Made by a program: the position numbers and the translations under genes. Below the pieces are notes generated by a model that did no database searches, was not told the DNA's origin, and worked only from the letters and a program-made list of their open reading frames with translations. A stretch of DNA of 3,657 nucleotides from a virus (Duplodnaviria; Heunggongvirae; Uroviricota; Caudoviricetes), in IMG/VR virus record IMGVR_UViG_2534681938_000039. One strand, given 5' to 3'. Shown here one piece after another: positions 1-3,657 of this stretch. Position 1 is the first letter of the stretch. Every line of letters starts with the position of its first letter.

Positions 1-249
1 TGCCCCACGCAATTCATCAATTGCACAAACCAGCCGTTCACGTTCGACGTCGTTCATTTCTTCAAAACGCATCGTTGCGTGACGCTGTTTTAACTGCGCA
101 TGGAAGCAAACCGTTAGCCGTTCGCGTTCCATCATCTGATTATAATAATCACATGTATCCTGCCAGCGAGGGACAGCAAGATGCTTGCCAATTATCCGGC
201 GCATAGCTGCTGGCTGTTTTTCAACGAGATTGAGCGTCATCACTGTCAT
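1..249 (-). CDS. Partial early-operon protein, N-terminal 83 aa (MTVMTLNLVEKQPAAMRRIIGKHLAVPRWQDTCDYYNQ...), continuing beyond the window start. Position matches the orf78/B slot downstream of cox in P2-like phages; function not assigned.
   Basis: Hand translation of the minus strand from ATG at 249..247 gives an open frame with no stop down to position 1. A GGAGGG Shine-Dalgarno lies 7 nt upstream (about 257..262). The start overlaps the stop of the upstream small ORF (ATGA). Not in the ORF track because it is truncated by the window edge. Confidence 0.6.
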   Translation of the reverse strand, partial: MTVMTLNLVEKQPAAMRRIIGKHLAVPRWQDTCDYYNQMMERERLTVCFHAQLKQRHATMRFEEMNDVERERLVCAIDELRGA

Positions 250-416
250 TTCCAGACCCTCCGGCTTTTCAGAAAGGTCAGAGCCTTTTTTAACGGACTC
301 TGTTTTTTGGTGCGGATAATGATTCCCTTACGCCCCTTACCGTGGGTGATGGTGAAGTCAATCGCCCTGGGGCTTTCGTTACGCAATAACTGAGCAATAC
401 AACGAGGCTCATTCAT
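246..416 (-). CDS. Small basic hypothetical protein, 56 aa (MNEPRCIAQLLRNESPRAIDFTITHGKGRKGIIIRTKKQSPLKKALTFLKSRRVWK)
   Basis: ATG at 416..414 is preceded by AAGGAG about 6 nt upstream; that SD overlaps the cox stop codon. Its TGA stop (248..246) overlaps the ATG of the next gene (249..247). The ORF track starts it at an upstream GTG (440), which would overlap the cox 3' end; the ATG with SD is the more plausible start. Confidence 0.45.
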   Translation of the reverse strand: MNEPRCIAQLLRNESPRAIDFTITHGKGRKGIIIRTKKQSPLKKALTFLKSRRVWK

Positions 417-426
417 ACGGTTCTCC

Positions 427-702
427 TTAACGTGGTTCACCGAGACCTAACCACATCAACCAGCCGTCACGAATCTCTTTAGGACGGCTTTCATAAGCCA
501 GTTTTAGTCCGTTATTCCATGCCGGAAGGTATACCCAATATTCACCAGCACGCCCCGATACTGACTGAGGGTCAGTAATCTCAATAACTGGTAATTTCCC
601 TTTCTCAATCATGCCCCTTACAGCTCTTGGAGTTTTACCAATGAGTTTTGCAAACTCCTGATAAGGCACGGCATCAGTCACGCTTACAAGCTGTCTATTC
701 AT
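427..702 (-). CDS. cox: Cox-like protein of a P2-family phage (small DNA-binding excisionase / repressor of the lysogenic promoter), 91 aa
   Basis: 91-aa ORF divergent from the repressor gene and first gene of the minus-strand operon. Same length and position as P2 Cox. GGGAG SD upstream of the ATG at 702..700. Assignment rests on gene order and recalled family features, not on a search. Confidence 0.7.
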   Translation of the reverse strand: MNRQLVSVTDAVPYQEFAKLIGKTPRAVRGMIEKGKLPVIEITDPQSVSGRAGEYWVYLPAWNNGLKLAYESRPKEIRDGWLMWLGLGEPR

Positions 703-823
703 CTGCTACGATTCTCCCTTAGTGCTTCTAATGGCTCCTAATGGCTAATTATTGCCTAAAAGGATAACTCCAGAAGCACAACATTTCACACTATCAGCAA
801 GAAATTACGCAATCGGAGTAATT
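703..823. promoter_or_regulatory. Immunity switch region between divergently oriented cox and C; expected to hold the early (Pe) and repressor (Pc) promoters and the C operator
   Basis: 121-bp AT-rich intergenic region between the two start codons, containing a tandem direct repeat. In P2-family phages the two promoters and the C operators lie in this interval. Exact -35/-10 elements could not be assigned confidently by eye. Confidence 0.6.
727..746. repeat. Tandem direct repeat, 10-bp period (TCTAATGGCT / CCTAATGGCT); candidate C-repressor operator half-sites
   Basis: CTAATGGCT occurs at 728..736 and again at 738..746, a perfect 9/9 match. P2-family C repressors are known to recognise direct rather than inverted repeats. 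Confidence 0.5.
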
Positions 824-1123
824 ATGTCAATAGACGTTTCGGAGAAGTTGAAGCTAATCCGTGAATCTGAAAGGTTAAACCGTAAAGAATTCAGTGAATT
901 AACTGGTGTAGCCTACAGCTCACTTTCGAGCTATGAGAGCCGGTCAAAAAACGCTGGAGTTGAAGCCATAATGAAGGTCTTACAACATCCTAGATTTACT
1001 AAATATACTTTGTGGTTCATGACTGATCAGGTAGCTCCAGAAGCCGGGCAAATTGCGCCCGCTCTCGCACACTTTGGGCAAAACGAAACAACGTCGCCCC
1101 ACTCCGGTCAAAAGACTGGTTAA
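824..1123 (+). CDS. C: C-type immunity repressor of a P2-family phage, 99 aa, helix-turn-helix
   Basis: ATG at 824 with GGAG SD (815..818); TAA stop at 1121..1123. HTH-like segment (LNRKEFSELTGVAYSSLSSYESR). Same length and position (immediately upstream of int, same strand) as P2 C. The ORF track's 123-aa version starts at an upstream TTG (752) inside the operator region and is less likely. Confidence 0.8.
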   Translation: MSIDVSEKLKLIRESERLNRKEFSELTGVAYSSLSSYESRSKNAGVEAIMKVLQHPRFTKYTLWFMTDQVAPEAGQIAPALAHFGQNETTSPHSGQKTG

Positions 1124-1162
1124 CAATTTATCGTGAATATATTCATCACAAGTGCCTACTAT

Positions 1163-1185
1163 TGGTGGCTAAATTTCAGCCACCA
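1163..1185. other. Inverted repeat (TGGTGGCT, 7-nt loop, AGCCACCA) in the C-int intergenic region
   Basis: Perfect 8-bp arms at 1163..1170 and 1178..1185. No U-tract follows on either strand, so it does not look like a canonical intrinsic terminator. Confidence 0.3.
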
Positions 1186-1237
1186 CGAAAAAAGCGATTA
1201 GTAGTAGCAAAAAAAGTACCACTCGGAGGGTTTTCTG

Positions 1238-2251
1238 ATGGCAATCAAAAAACTCGATGATGGTCGATATGAAGTGGACATCCGCCCTACTGGACGTAAC
1301 GGAAAACGCATCCGTAGGAAGTTTGATAAGAAAAGCGAAGCTGTCGCTTTCGAAAAATACACGTTGTACAACCACCACAATAAAGAATGGCTATCAAAAC
1401 CAACAGACAAACGACGTCTGTCGGAACTGACACAGATCTGGTGGGATTTAAAGGGTAAACACGAAGAGCATGGGAAATCTAATCTTGGAAAAATTGAAAT
1501 CTTCACAAAAATAACGAATGACCCATGCGCATTTCAAATCACGAAATCCCTTATCAGCCAGTACTGCGCCACCCGAAGAAGTCAGGGTATTAAACCTTCG
1601 AGTATCAATCGTGATTTAACATGTATTAGCGGCATGTTTACAGCCCTGATTGAAGCGGAGTTATTCTTTGGTGAGCATCCTATCAGAGGGACAAAGAGGC
1701 TTAAGGAGGAAAAACCAGAAACAGGCTATCTCACACAGGAAGAAATAGCCTTACTGCTTGCAGCACTTGACGGCGACAATAAAAAGATTGCGATTCTTTG
1801 CCTAAGTACAGGAGCACGTTGGGGAGAAGCAGCTCGTTTGAAAGCAGAAAATATCATCCATAACCGCGTCACGTTTGTTAAAACGAAAACAAACAAACCA
1901 CGCACCGTCCCGATCTCAGAGGCTGTTGCCAAAATGATCGCGGATAACAAACGAGGTTTTTTATTCCCTGATGCTGATTACCCTCGCTTCAGACGAACAA
2001 TGAAAGCAATAAAACCGGATTTGCCAATGGGGCAAGCCACACATGCACTAAGGCACAGCTTTGCCACTCATTTCATGATTAATGGAGGAAGTATTATCAC
2101 GCTACAACGGATACTAGGTCACACGCGGATTGAGCAAACTATGGTTTACGCTCATTTTGCGCCAGAGTACCTTCAGGACGCCATTTCTCTTAATCCGCTA
2201 AGAGGTGGTACTGAGGCCGAGAGTGTCCACACAGTGTCCACAGTAGAGTAA
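1238..2251 (+). CDS. int: Tyrosine site-specific recombinase (phage integrase), P2 Int-like, 337 aa
   Basis: 337-aa ORF with GGAGGG SD 7 nt upstream. The C-terminal half carries the tyrosine-recombinase catalytic signature: R in TGARWGEA, H-x-x-R in HALRHSF, H in GHT and the nucleophile Y in TMVYAHF. It ends 80 bp before a P2-type att core. Confidence 0.95.
   Translation: MAIKKLDDGRYEVDIRPTGRNGKRIRRKFDKKSEAVAFEKYTLYNHHNKEWLSKPTDKRRLSELTQIWWDLKGKHEEHGKSNLGKIEIFTKITNDPCAFQITKSLISQYCATRRSQGIKPSSINRDLTCISGMFTALIEAELFFGEHPIRGTKRLKEEKPETGYLTQEEIALLLAALDGDNKKIAILCLSTGARWGEAARLKAENIIHNRVTFVKTKTNKPRTVPISEAVAKMIADNKRGFLFPDADYPRFRRTMKAIKPDLPMGQATHALRHSFATHFMINGGSIITLQRILGHTRIEQTMVYAHFAPEYLQDAISLNPLRGGTEAESVHTVSTVE
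2222..2242. promoter_or_regulatory. Tandem direct repeat AGTGTCCACA x2 (11-bp period); candidate Int arm-type binding sites overlapping the int 3' end
   Basis: Perfect 10-bp copies at 2222..2231 and 2233..2242. The reverse complement contains TGTGGACA, which I recall as the P2 Int arm-site consensus. Location in the arm next to the att core fits. Confidence 0.55.
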
Positions 2252-2330
2252 CGTTTAAGGGCTTTCAGTGGTAATTTATGCCGCTCAAACCCGCATTGTA
2301 CCGTTGAAAGCCCCTACTGGTGACACCCTA

Positions 2331-2357
2331 AATCTCCCTTACACGGGCTTATTTTTT
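2331..2357. other. P2-type phage attachment site core (27 bp)
   Basis: Reverse complement of 2331..2357 is AAAAAATAAGCCCGTGTAAGGGAGATT, which matches the 27-nt P2 att core as I recall it. It overlaps an imperfect dyad (GGGCTTAT 2345..2352 / ATAAGCCC 2362..2369). Confidence 0.7.
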
Positions 2358-2401
2358 ATGCATAAGCCCTATCCCTGATAACCGTCTTCCATTGACCACA
2401 T

Positions 2402-2443
2402 TGAACCGCCCCGGGTTTCCTGGAGAGTGTTTTATCTGTGAAC
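2402..2443. repeat. Terminal inverted repeat region of the IS element (orfB-proximal end)
   Basis: Begins with TG and reads TGAACCGCCCCGGG..., which resembles the terminal repeat I recall for IS629-type elements. The partner repeat is outside the window, so the inverted-repeat relationship cannot be confirmed here. Confidence 0.65.
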
Positions 2444-3334
2444 TCAGGCTGCCAGATCATCGTTTCCGATGGAAGCATAATAAGCTTTTTCTGCTTCTGC
2501 CGGAGGAGTATGGCCCAGCCTTCCCAGCAATCGTCGATTGTTATACCAGTCCACCCACGTTAGTGTGGCCAGTTCCACTTCTGCACGGTTTTTCCAGCTC
2601 TTACGGTGTATTACCTCCGCTTTGTAAAGACCATTGATGCTCTCAGCCATCGCGTTGTCATACGAGTCGCCTGTACTCCCTGTTGATGCCAGTAATCCGG
2701 CTTCTTTTAGTCGCTCCGTATAGGCCAGTGACACATACTGAGAGCCTTTATCGCTGTGATGGATGGTGCCAGACGGACGACGGGCCCACAACGCCTGCTC
2801 CAGCGCATCCAGCACGAATGTCGTTTCCATAGACGATGAGACCCGCCACCCCACGATGTATCCGGCAAACACATCAATGATAAACGCCACATAGACGAAG
2901 CCCTGCCATGTGCTGACGTAAGTAAAATCAGCCACCCACAGCTGGTCAGGTCGTTCTGCCACGAACTGACGGTTTACGCGGTCGCCTGCGGCAACGGCTT
3001 TCCGGCTGATGGTCGTACGGACCTTTTTACCCCGGAGAACACCGGCAAGTCCCATAACCGCCATGAGACGTGCCACTGTACATCTGGCCACCCTGATTCC
3101 TTCCCGTAACAACTGACGCCAGACTTTACGCACACCGTACACCTGATGATTTTCATCGTATACGCGCTGTATCTCTCTCTTCAGCCAGTCGTCGTGCTGC
3201 GCACGGGCACTGCGTTTATCCGGATGATGTCGCTGTTGCTGACAATGGTAATACGTTGACGGGGCAATATGCAGTTCGCTGCATACCGGTCCGACCCCGT
3301 ACTGCTCACGCAGCTTATCCAGCAGTGGCATCAT
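2444..3334 (-). CDS. IS3-family transposase OrfB (DDE / integrase-core catalytic domain), 296 aa as an independent ORF; normally expressed as an OrfAB fusion
   Basis: Carries the D, D, 35-residue, E triad typical of IS3-family transposases: D in WVADFTYV, D in [10 protein letters not shown] in [18 protein letters not shown] stop at 2444..2446. Confidence 0.95.
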   Translation of the reverse strand: MMPLLDKLREQYGVGPVCSELHIAPSTYYHCQQQRHHPDKRSARAQHDDWLKREIQRVYDENHQVYGVRKVWRQLLREGIRVARCTVARLMAVMGLAGVLRGKKVRTTISRKAVAAGDRVNRQFVAERPDQLWVADFTYVSTWQGFVYVAFIIDVFAGYIVGWRVSSSMETTFVLDALEQALWARRPSGTIHHSDKGSQYVSLAYTERLKEAGLLASTGSTGDSYDNAMAESINGLYKAEVIHRKSWKNRAEVELATLTWVDWYNNRRLLGRLGHTPPAEAEKAYYASIGNDDLAA

Positions 3335-3657
3335 TTTTTCCAGAGGCGGTCGAACTCCGCCTTCGCAAAATAAGCGGAAGCCTGGCGAAGGATATCGTTA
3401 CTGCGGCGCAGTTCACGATTTTCACGTTCCAGCTCTTTCAGACGCTGACGTTCAGCGCTGGTGAGCCCACCATCACCGCCCCCGGTATCCCGCTCATGCT
3501 GGCGAACCCAGACACGCAGAGTCTCCGGCGTACAGCCAATCTTTGGGGCAATGGAACAAATTGCCGCCCACTGTGAGTCATATTCATCCTGACTTTCCAG
3601 AACCATACGAATCGCCCGCTGACGGACTTCGGGGGAAAAACGAGTATTTTTAGTCAT
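3331..3657 (-). CDS. IS3-family transposase OrfA (HTH and leucine-zipper-like N-terminal part), 108 aa
   Basis: Protein [26 protein letters not shown]... with a heptad-like [20 protein letters not shown] segment. Its TGA stop (3333..3331) overlaps the OrfB ATG (3334..3332). The start codon occupies 3657..3655, the window edge. Confidence 0.95.
   Translation of the reverse strand: MTKNTRFSPEVRQRAIRMVLESQDEYDSQWAAICSIAPKIGCTPETLRVWVRQHERDTGGGDGGLTSAERQRLKELERENRELRRSNDILRQASAYFAKAEFDRLWKK

Larger units (their letters stand above)
2402..3657 (-). mobile_element. IS3-family insertion sequence (IS629/IS1203/IS3411-like), partial; the orfA-proximal end lies beyond the window
   Basis: Terminal sequence TGAACCGCCCCGGGTTTCCTGGAGA starts at 2402 (IS3-family TG terminus), followed by OrfB and OrfA on the minus strand in a -1 frame arrangement. 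This region is visibly more GC-rich than the phage module. The OrfA ATG sits at the last three bases of the window, so the upstream end and second terminal repeat are not visible. Confidence 0.9.

Noticed and set aside
21-393. Plus-strand ORFs 21..206 (61 aa) and 181..393 (70 aa) from the ORF track
   Set aside because: They are antisense to better-supported minus-strand genes (the partial gene with a GGAGGG SD and the coupled small ORF), lack convincing ribosome-binding sites, and do not fit the operon organisation.
752-823. Extended 123-aa version of the repressor starting at TTG 752
   Set aside because: The extension would run through the intergenic operator/promoter region. An ATG with a well-spaced GGAG SD at 824 gives a 99-aa protein, the typical size for this family.
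1169-1950. Minus-strand ORFs 1169..1378, 1198..1506 and 1726..1950
   Set aside because: They lie antisense within or overlapping the integrase gene and its leader, have low-complexity or odd composition, and are typical shadow ORFs of a strongly supported CDS.
2345-2369. Dyad GGGCTTAT...ATAAGCCC as an intrinsic terminator for int
   Set aside because: The T-run sits in the loop, not after the stem, and no U-tract follows on either strand. It is better explained as the dyad of the att core.
2252-2401. tRNA gene at the attachment site
   Set aside because: No cloverleaf-compatible sequence or conserved tRNA boxes are visible, and P2-family phages do not integrate into tRNA genes.
2392-3576. ORFs 2392..2637 (+), 2707..2892 (-), 2974..3156 (-) and 3256..3576 (+) inside the IS element
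   Set aside because: All overlap the OrfA/OrfB transposase genes antisense or in alternative frames; IS3-family elements encode only OrfA, OrfB and their fusion.
1-3657. A novel defence or otherwise undescribed multi-gene system, or a CRISPR array
   Set aside because: Every ORF of reasonable size is accounted for by the phage switch/integration module or the IS element. There are no regularly spaced repeat-spacer units and no unexplained gene cluster. Only the 56-aa ORF and the partial edge gene are functionally unassigned, and both sit in conserved early-operon positions.

Overview
This window reads as the lysis-lysogeny switch and integration module of a P2-family temperate phage or prophage, followed by a partial IS3-family insertion sequence. 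On the minus strand there is an early operon: a cox-like gene (427..702), a small 56-aa ORF (246..416) and a partial downstream gene (1..249). On the plus strand there is a C-type repressor (824..1123) and a 337-aa tyrosine integrase (1238..2251). A 27-bp P2-type att core lies at 2331..2357, and a perfect tandem direct repeat (candidate Int arm sites) sits in the last codons of int. From 2402 to the window edge is an IS629/IS1203/IS3411-like element on the minus strand, with its terminal repeat, OrfB (DDE transposase) and OrfA in a -1 frameshift arrangement; its other end lies beyond the window. I found no rRNA, tRNA or CRISPR array, and no gene set that looks like a new defence or other undescribed system. 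The findings are about regulatory and recombination-site architecture and the IS insertion next to att. All similarity statements come from reading the sequence and from recalled knowledge; no database search was run.
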